32,000 bases of DNA from Pirellula staleyi DSM 6068 (GCA_000025185.1 CP001848.1:360001-392000); one strand, 5' to 3'. Positions 9,853 to 18,376 are shown, counted from the first letter of the stretch. Notes: a model not told the origin generated them from the sequence alone. Numbers and translations are program-made.

Positions 9853-10992
9853 ATGGCACTCTCCCATTTTGACCCGCCGGCATTCCTGGATGACTTCACT
9901 CAGGAACAAAAGGACGCTTGGAGCGAATGGATTTCCCAACAGATCGATGCCGCGATCGCTGGTGATCCTAACGGCTTGGAGTTCGACGCGCCTCGCGCCC
10001 AGTTCTTCAATGCGACGAAAGTAGACTTTGCCGCCGATATGGCAACGCTGGATATCGAATGGACCGCCTTTCCTCGAAACGTTCAGATCAGTTCGATCAG
10101 CGATCGCCAACGCTGGCGTCGTGCGGAAAGCAGTAGGGATCTGCAGGACGAGTACTGCGAATGGAGCGTTGAACGAGATCCGAACACGGAAAAGATTACG
10201 CGTGTCACCTTCACTTGCGAAGGCCCAGAGTACTGGCAGTTTCTCGCTGCTACATCGCCACAGAAAGTGCTTGAACTATACAAGCAGTTCGTTAGCCAGT
10301 CAGTTCAGTTAAGCGACCTGTTTTCTACGAACGGACGCTACAATCCCCGCAACGTTTGGAATAATTCATCGACTAATGGCGCGATGCATTTGATCCAACC
10401 AAACAATACGCTTGGAGCCGAGATTGAGCTTGCTGGTGGATCGAGCGTTGTACGATCGATCAATGGTCAATTGTTAACTGGCGAACGCGAATTGATCGAT
10501 TGCGGCAAGTACGGTGGCCGCGAACGGCACAGCGACCCACGGATTGGCTCCGAAGTAAACAGCCTAACGCGGCAAAAGGCTGACGTAACGTTGGCCAATC
10601 CGGTTGGCCTGTATTTTTCAAAGCTGATTACCGCTGGCTGGGAAGTTCCCAATGGTGAGGATGCTCAGAATTTCTGGAAGTATGTTCGAGGCACGGCAAG
10701 TCATCCAGTCCGCGCCGTCTTTGAAGTGCCATCTGATCGTGGTTTCGTCGTGGGAGATATCAAGATTGATGGCCGTGATATCGAGTTCGGAGCGCAGATT
10801 GCGGACAAGATCAAAATAAAGCTCATCGGCGTAGCTCACAAGTTCGGTCAAAACGCCGTAGCCCCGATGACTGGCTGTCGGCGCGTAAGGCAGCAAGTGT
10901 CGGAATCGATCGAGGCCGTTGTTCTTCAGAAAAAGCCAACCGTATCCAGCATACTGAGTCTACGGGCGGTGACTGCGCCTGCGCGGCATTAG
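9853..10992 (+). CDS. hypothetical protein (379 aa), second gene of the operon
   Basis: The ORF begins 3 nt after the previous stop. I recognise no motif. Distinctive segments are LQDEYCEWSVERDPNTEKITRVTFTCEGPEYWQFL and NGAMHLIQPNNTLGAEIELAGG. There is no signal peptide or TM segment. Confidence 0.7.
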   Translation: MALSHFDPPAFLDDFTQEQKDAWSEWISQQIDAAIAGDPNGLEFDAPRAQFFNATKVDFAADMATLDIEWTAFPRNVQISSISDRQRWRRAESSRDLQDEYCEWSVERDPNTEKITRVTFTCEGPEYWQFLAATSPQKVLELYKQFVSQSVQLSDLFSTNGRYNPRNVWNNSSTNGAMHLIQPNNTLGAEIELAGGSSVVRSINGQLLTGERELIDCGKYGGRERHSDPRIGSEVNSLTRQKADVTLANPVGLYFSKLITAGWEVPNGEDAQNFWKYVRGTASHPVRAVFEVPSDRGFVVGDIKIDGRDIEFGAQIADKIKIKLIGVAHKFGQNAVAPMTGCRRVRQQVSESIEAVVLQKKPTVSSILSLRAVTAPARH

Positions 10993-11031
10993 TAATGAAA
11001 GCTCTATACCCAAACCAAACGGAGAATCCCT

Positions 11032-12195
11032 ATGGCCTATTTGACTCAGGATCAGATTCACGAGATTCATTCTCAGGCAGTGAACCGAACACCGGGACTA
11101 CTTGACGCGTGGAAACAAATGTTGATTGGTCTTCCAATCGCATATATGAGCACACTTCCGAACATTGATGGAAACAAGAACCTTGGATTGCTTGCCCAGT
11201 TGAGCACAATGAATGAGGTTGATGTCATCAAAGGTGGAGTAGTTCCTCTTGAAGTTTGGTTAAACAACGCTGCGTACTTTTCTGAGCTCTTTCCTGATAG
11301 CCAAAAACTGTACCGCGACTACGCGCGAGTCATATTGGAGAAGCGTGCTATTACGAAAAGAAACGCTACGAGCTCTTTTGATCAAACGGTGAATGCACCA
11401 TCACTGAAAGGCATGTCCGAAGTTAAGGAACGCATAATCTTCATCAATGAGATGGTTCCGTACGGTTTTGCACAAGGGGCTGTGCGAACGGGGCAGTCGG
11501 TCGCTCGCCTCATCGTTCCAAGGTTCGATGGGAAGCAACCCCGGAAACTACCCTTTACCGACGAGCAGATAAAGTACTTTGGCACGGGCTGGCTATTAGG
11601 GACTCGTCACATTGTTACGAATCATCATGTCATCAATGCAAGAGACGCTGGCGAAGCAGATGCGATTTCTGAGGACTTCAACCTTCAAGGTATTAAGACG
11701 ACCGTGCAGTTTGATTACAACCAACGGAACGCGGCCGGTGACCCGCGAAGTGTTAAGCAGGTCTCCGGGTACAACAAAGAACTTGATTATGCTGTTCTTG
11801 AACTTGAGGCTCCATCAGGGCGCGAGCCGCTTCCCGTTTTTGGAGGGCAATTTGTCCTGCCAGCTCAGTCACTTTTTCCGGTGAACTTGATCCAGCATCC
11901 AGGAGGTGAGCCAAAGAAGCTAGGTATTCGCAGCAATCTTGTGGCGGCCGTAAACGAGGTGAATCTTGCCTATTTCACAGATACCGAACCTGGTTCCTCG
12001 GGTTCTCCTGTTTGCTCGGACGATTGGTATGTACTCGCATTGCACAAAGCTTCATCTGCGTCCTATGGGGAGTTCGAGTACCAAGGCAAGCAAACGGCTT
12101 GGGTAAATCATGGAACGCGAATTGACGTTATCCTCGCAGACTTAAAGCAAAACCACTCGACTTTGTGGAATCTTATCGGCGCTAATGTGGTTTAG
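11032..12195 (+). CDS. trypsin-fold (S1-type) serine protease with N-terminal ~95-aa helical adaptor-like domain
   Basis: The catalytic triad is intact: His in GTRHIVTNHHV (H199), Asp in ELDYAVLEL (D252), Ser in TDTEPGSSGSPV (S323, nt ~11998). A GGAG lies 8 nt upstream of the ATG. N-terminal aa 4-97 are homologous to the C-terminus of the next protein. Confidence 0.9.
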   Translation: MAYLTQDQIHEIHSQAVNRTPGLLDAWKQMLIGLPIAYMSTLPNIDGNKNLGLLAQLSTMNEVDVIKGGVVPLEVWLNNAAYFSELFPDSQKLYRDYARVILEKRAITKRNATSSFDQTVNAPSLKGMSEVKERIIFINEMVPYGFAQGAVRTGQSVARLIVPRFDGKQPRKLPFTDEQIKYFGTGWLLGTRHIVTNHHVINARDAGEADAISEDFNLQGIKTTVQFDYNQRNAAGDPRSVKQVSGYNKELDYAVLELEAPSGREPLPVFGGQFVLPAQSLFPVNLIQHPGGEPKKLGIRSNLVAAVNEVNLAYFTDTEPGSSGSPVCSDDWYVLALHKASSASYGEFEYQGKQTAWVNHGTRIDVILADLKQNHSTLWNLIGANVV

Positions 12196-12206
12196 GAGGT
12201 TCTGCT

Positions 12207-13412
12207 GTGGCCATTATTATCCCGGAGATACGAGAGCTGGAATCAATTGTTCACCAGATGCGGCCGGCCTTGCGTGTTTCGAAAAATAGATTTGAACGCT
12301 CGCCAATCGGCTGGGAAGAACTGGACGCACATCGAGAATCGATCGAACGAGCCCTCCAGGCAACTGGGCGACTCGAATCGGACGATCCGTCGGTGCCCTA
12401 TTTTGGTACAGCATTTCTCGTTGGTGACGGAATAGCCCTAACCACACGTCATGTTGTGGAGTTGTTTGCGAATGGGCATGGCGAAACAGATCTAAACATC
12501 AAACGCCACCGCAAAGTATGGATTAATTTCAATGCCGAAACAGAAGGCGACACTAGCGAAGTTGCCTATGTGACCGGCATTGAATTCATTCATCCTTACT
12601 GGGATGTTGCGGCGATTCGGGTAGAAACATCGCGGGGTGGACTTGTACTTGAGTCCGCTCCTTCCACCGCGAATACTAATATAACGGTAATCGGTTACCC
12701 AGCTTTGGACATGCGGTCTGACTTAGACATCCAGCTAAGGATCTTTGAATCCGTATTCAACGTCAAACGCTTGCTCCCAGGAAGACTAGGTGGCGAAGAA
12801 TTGATTGAGTCCTACGGCAACAACGTGCTGGCGCTAACCCATGATGCTTCCACTTTAGGCGGTACTGCTGGCGCTCCGGTTATTGACATACGATCTGGCC
12901 ATGTCGTGGGAATTAACTTTGCAGGCGTATATCTGAAAGCTAACTACGCGGTCCCGTCATGGAAATTGATGCAAGATTCACGAGTTAGACGGCATCTTGG
13001 CTTTCTAGAGCCACCATGGATGAACCTTTGGGAAAAGCCTATTCAACCACTTAACTTGAAAGAGAATCCGGCGTGGACCGTAATTTCTGGGCAGGCAATT
13101 AGGAATCATGAGGCCTACCTTACCCACGATCAAGTCTTGGATCTTTGCCGACTTTTGGTAGGTGCCTTTCCTACAGATGAAAGCATTGCATCGCTGTTTC
13201 TGGGCATTGCTCCAGAAATCGTCGCCTCGCTACCTAGCGGTAACAATCCGAAGGAGAAATTGCTAAATCGACTTCAAGCGTTAAATAACATCGGTCGCAT
13301 CATAGGTGGTCAGTCACCGCTGCAATTGATATTGAAAACGGCAGCATTGCTAAGGGAGTCGTTTCCAGACGAACAGATCTTGCAGCAGTACCTAGCAATT
13401 GTAAGTAAATAA
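12207..13412 (+). CDS. trypsin-fold pseudoprotease (nucleophile Ser replaced by Ala) with C-terminal adaptor-like domain
   Basis: GTG start with a strong AGGAGG 8 nt upstream. His is retained (ALTTRHVVE, H82) and Asp is retained (YWDVAAIRVE, D133). The GxSGxP motif reads GGTAGAP, with Ala221 encoded by GCT at 12867-12869. C-terminal aa 305-401 match the N-terminal module of the preceding protease. Confidence 0.88.
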   Translation: MAIIIPEIRELESIVHQMRPALRVSKNRFERSPIGWEELDAHRESIERALQATGRLESDDPSVPYFGTAFLVGDGIALTTRHVVELFANGHGETDLNIKRHRKVWINFNAETEGDTSEVAYVTGIEFIHPYWDVAAIRVETSRGGLVLESAPSTANTNITVIGYPALDMRSDLDIQLRIFESVFNVKRLLPGRLGGEELIESYGNNVLALTHDASTLGGTAGAPVIDIRSGHVVGINFAGVYLKANYAVPSWKLMQDSRVRRHLGFLEPPWMNLWEKPIQPLNLKENPAWTVISGQAIRNHEAYLTHDQVLDLCRLLVGAFPTDESIASLFLGIAPEIVASLPSGNNPKEKLLNRLQALNNIGRIIGGQSPLQLILKTAALLRESFPDEQILQQYLAIVSK

Positions 13413-13478
13413 TCATTGTCACTCCTAGTCAACCAAGATAGCTCATTTACAAGACTCAGTCACGGAATCTGAAGGTTT

Positions 13479-15398
13479 ATGCCAAGACTCTTGCAACAAA
13501 AACATCGGCTTCACAAGATACTTATCGAATGCAAACTAGGGGATTCGGTTGATTTGCTCGTTTCATCAATCAACTCAAGCGTTCGTGCCCAATTGCCAAA
13601 TGAAGATATCCCAGCAAAGCGATTGCTGGGGATAATTGATTTCCTATGCGAGTATGATCTGCCAAAAAACAGCGCAGACCCCCTGGTTCAATTTCTGCAA
13701 CGAGTCGTTCACCTCTTGGATCAGTATCCAGACCAATGTGAAGAGGTCAAAGTGTTTTTATTGAGCCTTTCGACAAGAGATACTGAACTCAATAATACGC
13801 AACACGATTCGTCAACGGACAACGCACCCGCTGGGCATCATCCTGCTATTGGCGTTCTCGTCATCGCTACAACTCATGTGGAGCTCGACGCAATGAAGTC
13901 GAGTCTCAATGTTTCGGACCGCCTGTCGATTGGCACGTTGGAGTATTGGCACGGCACAGTCGGGGGGCTTGAAATTGCAGTCACGCAAAGTGTTCCGCCT
14001 GAGGGAATTGTGATTCTTCAGGAAACGCTTCAACCTTCTGCAGTAATCTATGTATGCCCAGTAATTTGTCTAAAGAAGCAACCTAAAGACCAAGCACATA
14101 CTATCCTTGCAAGTACTTTGCATGAGAATCCTAAGCAGGCCTCTCGGACTCGTTCGTTGCGACTGTGTGACGCAATGACATCGTACATGGCAAGAACTTT
14201 GCCGTCTGGGAGATACGCAAATGTAGTTGAGATTCTTGATATACCGCAATGGGAACAACTAAACCCCGCGGCGCTACAGCATGTAAAATTGTCGTTTGTT
14301 GTGGCCTCAGACAATTCGATTCTAAGTTTACTGAAGGAAATCGACTCACCTGTTGCTTTGCTTGGCTCGGTGGTATGGAGGCATGAGCCCCGATCTGAAA
14401 AAATACCAACACTGCAGGAAATCTTGGGCTCTGAAGCCCACCATATAGCGTCTGAAGCATCTGGCAGTATTTTGCATGAGATATTATCCACCGAGAGCTG
14501 TCCGTATAAGAACGCCGAACGGGTGCTATCGGTCGACAGTTCACATCCCGGAGCATTAGACGTTTGGATACGATCACCAAGCGACGCTGATGACGTCAAG
14601 CCGTTTGTGAATCGAGCTCAATTCCGGACTGATCTTGTTAGACTACTTCGTCCTGGCAATCCGCGAACTATGGTAGTCAGCGGTGAGGAGGGCTCGGGGA
14701 AATCATTTTTATTTGAGTTCCTTATGCACCTTCACATCACGAACGTTGTGCGGGCAAATATCATCCCAATACAGTTGCCGAAGGAGTCACGTCCTCCTGA
14801 ATGGACTTGGAGAAAGCTGATGCAACTCTTGTGTGAAGGGCTTAAAATTCAAAGATTGGCGATAGATGAGTTCCACGACCCAAGCGAGTTTGTGTCCCGA
14901 TATCTTGTGAGAACGATAAGCCCAAGCAGCAGCAAAAGTTTCGAGAGCATGCCGGCAAGACATCAAGCAAACATATTTGTCTTCGACGGTTTTGCGAGGC
15001 AAGGCTTTAGCCCTGATATTTATGACACCCTTCTCGCGCTGGAAGATGCTATTGCGAGTTGTGCCCTTCCGAACTTTCGATGTTTAGTTCTTGGTTGCAA
15101 TGCACATACTTTGTTGCGGGACAGCCCGTCGCGAATTGTGCGTACTTACAAGGTTGACGATGTTCCTGAGGCCGCAGATATAGATGGATTTATTGCGCAC
15201 TTTTCTCGTCAACATAACGTTGCACCAAGCCCAGAAGCTATACAGACTTTTCGCGAGACAATATCTTTTAACGTTGCTGCTGTAGATGAACGGCTCGGAG
15301 CTGCCGAGCGGCACATCCGAATGCTTAAGGTGAATTCAATTTTTCTGAGGGCATCACAGCTGCTCCTCGCTCAGTCAAGTACAATTGGAGGTGTATAG
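13479..15398 (+). CDS. P-loop NTPase with N-terminal adaptor-like domain and a possible degenerate nucleoside-phosphorylase-like middle domain
   Basis: Walker A GEEGSGKS is at nt 14682-14705 and the Walker-B-like NIFVFDGF follows. N-terminal aa ~5-95 share the LP..LL..PL..L..(Y/F)PDxQ pattern with both proteases. The segment AIGVLVIATTHVELDAMKSSL..EYWHGTVGGLEIAVTQS resembles the start of PNP_UDP-type phosphorylase folds, but the later glycine-rich motifs are not evident. Confidence 0.75.
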   Translation: MPRLLQQKHRLHKILIECKLGDSVDLLVSSINSSVRAQLPNEDIPAKRLLGIIDFLCEYDLPKNSADPLVQFLQRVVHLLDQYPDQCEEVKVFLLSLSTRDTELNNTQHDSSTDNAPAGHHPAIGVLVIATTHVELDAMKSSLNVSDRLSIGTLEYWHGTVGGLEIAVTQSVPPEGIVILQETLQPSAVIYVCPVICLKKQPKDQAHTILASTLHENPKQASRTRSLRLCDAMTSYMARTLPSGRYANVVEILDIPQWEQLNPAALQHVKLSFVVASDNSILSLLKEIDSPVALLGSVVWRHEPRSEKIPTLQEILGSEAHHIASEASGSILHEILSTESCPYKNAERVLSVDSSHPGALDVWIRSPSDADDVKPFVNRAQFRTDLVRLLRPGNPRTMVVSGEEGSGKSFLFEFLMHLHITNVVRANIIPIQLPKESRPPEWTWRKLMQLLCEGLKIQRLAIDEFHDPSEFVSRYLVRTISPSSSKSFESMPARHQANIFVFDGFARQGFSPDIYDTLLALEDAIASCALPNFRCLVLGCNAHTLLRDSPSRIVRTYKVDDVPEAADIDGFIAHFSRQHNVAPSPEAIQTFRETISFNVAAVDERLGAAERHIRMLKVNSIFLRASQLLLAQSSTIGGV

Positions 15399-15400
15399 TG

Positions 15401-18376
15401 ATGGCTAAAGTGGATCTGACTGTTGAACTTTTCGCCGACTCTGGCCGCCCTCGATCTCGTGGTCATTTTTTCGAGGCAGCTTCTTTACTTACAAGCTTTC
15501 TACCAGCGCAGCTTCGCGCAGCCGATGGCAGCTTAATCGATCGTCAATCGTTAGATATTCTAGCGCGTAATTGTGATACGACCGGTTCGGAATGGATACT
15601 TGACGATGCTGTTCGTCGCGACGAAATCCATGCCCTTGAGTCTCTAGAAGTGCCCATATCGATTTGGAAAAACAACGCGGAGAATTGTCCGGATGACCCG
15701 GTTCAAAAGATGCTTCAGCAGGTCGTGCGAGAATCTGTGAAAGTGGACGAATTGGATTCTACTCAGTTATCGTCTCTACTAAGAGTCCTTTCTTGGTTTG
15801 GTACCTCACTCATCAGCAAATCGCTTCGGCTGCCAAGTATTGATGAAGTCCGTGCAGAGTTCGGATATAAGACTTGGTGTGATCGTTTGACGCGCTACCG
15901 CACACCAGACTTCTTAGGTCGTGAACAAGAAATGGACGAACTCTATCGATTTATGGTTAGCCCACTTTCTTTTTCGGCAACTGTTTGGGGGGTTGGTGGG
16001 GTAGGTAAAACAGCCTTGCTCTCAAATTTTGTCCTTGAACACTGCTTGAATTCTGAAGCTCGAAGGCCATTTGCTTGGTTTGACTTTAACCGTAGTGACT
16101 TACTTAATGCGGAGTCACCAAATTCACTTCTTCTCGAGGCCGCTTCGCAACTGTCGCAACAGAGAATTGTCTCTGTAGGTACGCAATCGGAAATTGAAGA
16201 TTTCTGCAGAGACATGATCGATGGCCCAATCATTAGCCGCCAGCTACTCACGTCCCAGCAAATCATACGCTTTGGCAAAATTCTTCAGAGTTCTGGTACA
16301 TCAGGTATAGAGTATATATGGGTGCTTGATAGCTTGGAAGAACTTCTCGAAACTGCTCCAGGTTTCATTGACTATATCACAGCGTATCTCGAGGAGCTTC
16401 GCGAAATCATACCTCAGCTGCGGGTTTTCTTCGTTGGTCGTAGCCAGTACTTCGGAGATACGTCGGTTCGACGTGAGCTGCACCTCCAATGTCTTGAGCT
16501 TAGTCTTGCAAGGGAGTTCCTGGAAAGAGGCGGTGTTCCAGAAGCAGAATCTTTATTCATCGCGAATGCATGCGGAAAACACCCACTGCGATTATCGCTA
16601 GCGGCAAGCATTTATCGCCAAGCGATGAAGGATCGCCAAAGTGGTTCTCCATTTGAGCAATTGAGATTCCTGTCAACTACTTTACCGAAAGGCTCAGAAA
16701 AAACATTGTTTCTTCGGTTTCTTGAACATCTTCACGACGATGATATCAAGAGACTTGTAGCGCCGGGCTTCTTGGTGCGGAGAATAACACCACTGGTTAT
16801 CGAGAAGATACTAGCTGAGCCGTGTGGTCTTGAGGTTAGAAGTGCGGTTGAAGCGACCGCCGTTTTTCAAAAGCTGATTAGAGAAGTCTCACTAATCGAG
16901 TCTGTCGACGACGAGACTGCGGTGCTGCGGCGAGACGTGCGCAAGGAATTGTTGCCTCTTATTCGCAGTGCATTCAATCACGAAGCCAATGCCATCCATA
17001 CATCCGCTATAGAATTCTACCGTTTTCGTCGAAATGACGAATCAAGAGCAGAGGAAGTTTACCACCGTTTAATGATTGGAACTGATGCCAGAACATTAGA
17101 TCGATGCTGGCGACCATCGCTAGCTGAAAGACTGGTTGGTAGCATTGACGAAATGCCGTTTCGGTCGCAAGTTTACCTTGCTAGGAAAACGGGAAGAGGT
17201 ACTACGGTGCCAACGGATTATTTCTCTGATCGAGCGGACAATTTCGACTGGGAATGGAGAGTCGCAAGTCGTGCAAGATCATTGCTCGATCACGATGAAC
17301 CTGAGAAAGCGATCGCACTAGTGCGCGAGCGAGATTTTCGTAGCCCTACCAGTCCACTTTACGTCATTGAGTCTAGAGCTTTGCGACGACTAGGAAAACT
17401 GGCGGAGGGGCGTCGAATACTCGAGAATGCGGCCAACAAACTAGCTTCGCTTACCAATTTTGGAACGAATGCGGATAGAGGGCATGCTATCGAGTTGTTG
17501 CTTAGTTTCTTTTGGATAGAACTCGATTGTTCGGAATGCCTGTCGGCCCGCGAGACATTGGACGATCTTTGCAAGTTGATTGGCTTTAAGACCGATCTTA
17601 TCGAGGTTTGCAATAACGAAAAGCCAGTTTTGCATTTAGAAATATTGCTCCGTTCGATTGCCTTGAGTAAGAAATGTCCTCAGCAGTCGTCCGTGGTTGA
17701 TCGGGACCTCGCTTACCGCAAAGCGCACGAAATACTTAGCGATGAGGAGATATTGGAAGATCATGATTTTGAGGATTCGCCGAAGATGTTCCGTCGCTTG
17801 GCAGCGGAAGTATGTTGGAATGATGTAAAAGTTGTTTCCCGTGTCGTCAGGAATTCCGGTATCGGCACTCCCTACCCGTTGGCGTGTGAGGTTCTTGGTG
17901 AAGAGATTGCTAGGTGGTCGTCGGGGCGATTTGAATTGGAAACCCTCGGACCAATACCAGTCGATTGCAACAGGCCGAGTGTTTGGAAACATTGGTTTAT
18001 GCGAGCGTCTTCTTCTTCGATAAGCGATTCATTTTCACGATTAATTGAATCTAGAGAGCCTCCGCGAAAAGTCATGGAAGCTGTTCGCGACTTGCTCCTG
18101 TTGTCTGATGAAGGGCCTAGAACCGAAGGAGATATAGAATACCTAAAAGATATCGCAATGGCGCAAAACGAGCGTTTACAACTAAGAAAACACCTTCGCC
18201 ACTATGGACACTCACCTGAGAAGATTAGGCACCTTTTTAGTTCTGGCTTTGGTTTGAGTTCCTATGATGTAATCTCGAAAAACGAAATCGATGCTCCTGT
18301 ATTGATCCGCGAGATTGCCTCATGGAGCGTTCGGTTTGGCCTTGCCAACCGTTTGCTCGATTCAATCAATGAATGA
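15401..18376 (+). CDS. STAND-type (NACHT/NB-ARC-like) NTPase with C-terminal helical (TPR-like) repeats
   Basis: FLGREQEMDELYRF..VWGVGGVGKTALLSNF gives Walker A at nt 15989-16012, followed by Walker B YIWVLDSLEELLE. The C-terminal ~450 aa are helix-rich, for example AIEFYRFRRNDESRAEEVYHRLM and EKAIALVRERD..LGKLAEGRRILENAANKL. The start is the ATG at 15401 (or the GTG at 15398), abutting the previous stop at 15396-15398, with GGAGG at 15387-15391. Confidence 0.88.
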   Translation: MAKVDLTVELFADSGRPRSRGHFFEAASLLTSFLPAQLRAADGSLIDRQSLDILARNCDTTGSEWILDDAVRRDEIHALESLEVPISIWKNNAENCPDDPVQKMLQQVVRESVKVDELDSTQLSSLLRVLSWFGTSLISKSLRLPSIDEVRAEFGYKTWCDRLTRYRTPDFLGREQEMDELYRFMVSPLSFSATVWGVGGVGKTALLSNFVLEHCLNSEARRPFAWFDFNRSDLLNAESPNSLLLEAASQLSQQRIVSVGTQSEIEDFCRDMIDGPIISRQLLTSQQIIRFGKILQSSGTSGIEYIWVLDSLEELLETAPGFIDYITAYLEELREIIPQLRVFFVGRSQYFGDTSVRRELHLQCLELSLAREFLERGGVPEAESLFIANACGKHPLRLSLAASIYRQAMKDRQSGSPFEQLRFLSTTLPKGSEKTLFLRFLEHLHDDDIKRLVAPGFLVRRITPLVIEKILAEPCGLEVRSAVEATAVFQKLIREVSLIESVDDETAVLRRDVRKELLPLIRSAFNHEANAIHTSAIEFYRFRRNDESRAEEVYHRLMIGTDARTLDRCWRPSLAERLVGSIDEMPFRSQVYLARKTGRGTTVPTDYFSDRADNFDWEWRVASRARSLLDHDEPEKAIALVRERDFRSPTSPLYVIESRALRRLGKLAEGRRILENAANKLASLTNFGTNADRGHAIELLLSFFWIELDCSECLSARETLDDLCKLIGFKTDLIEVCNNEKPVLHLEILLRSIALSKKCPQQSSVVDRDLAYRKAHEILSDEEILEDHDFEDSPKMFRRLAAEVCWNDVKVVSRVVRNSGIGTPYPLACEVLGEEIARWSSGRFELETLGPIPVDCNRPSVWKHWFMRASSSSISDSFSRLIESREPPRKVMEAVRDLLLLSDEGPRTEGDIEYLKDIAMAQNERLQLRKHLRHYGHSPEKIRHLFSSGFGLSSYDVISKNEIDAPVLIREIASWSVRFGLANRLLDSINE

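Noticed and set aside
8188-10992. The two leading operon proteins as gasdermin-like pore formers.
   Set aside because: At 553 and 379 aa they are far larger than bacterial gasdermins, and I see no gasdermin-like N-terminal features. I have no positive evidence, so they are left as unknown.
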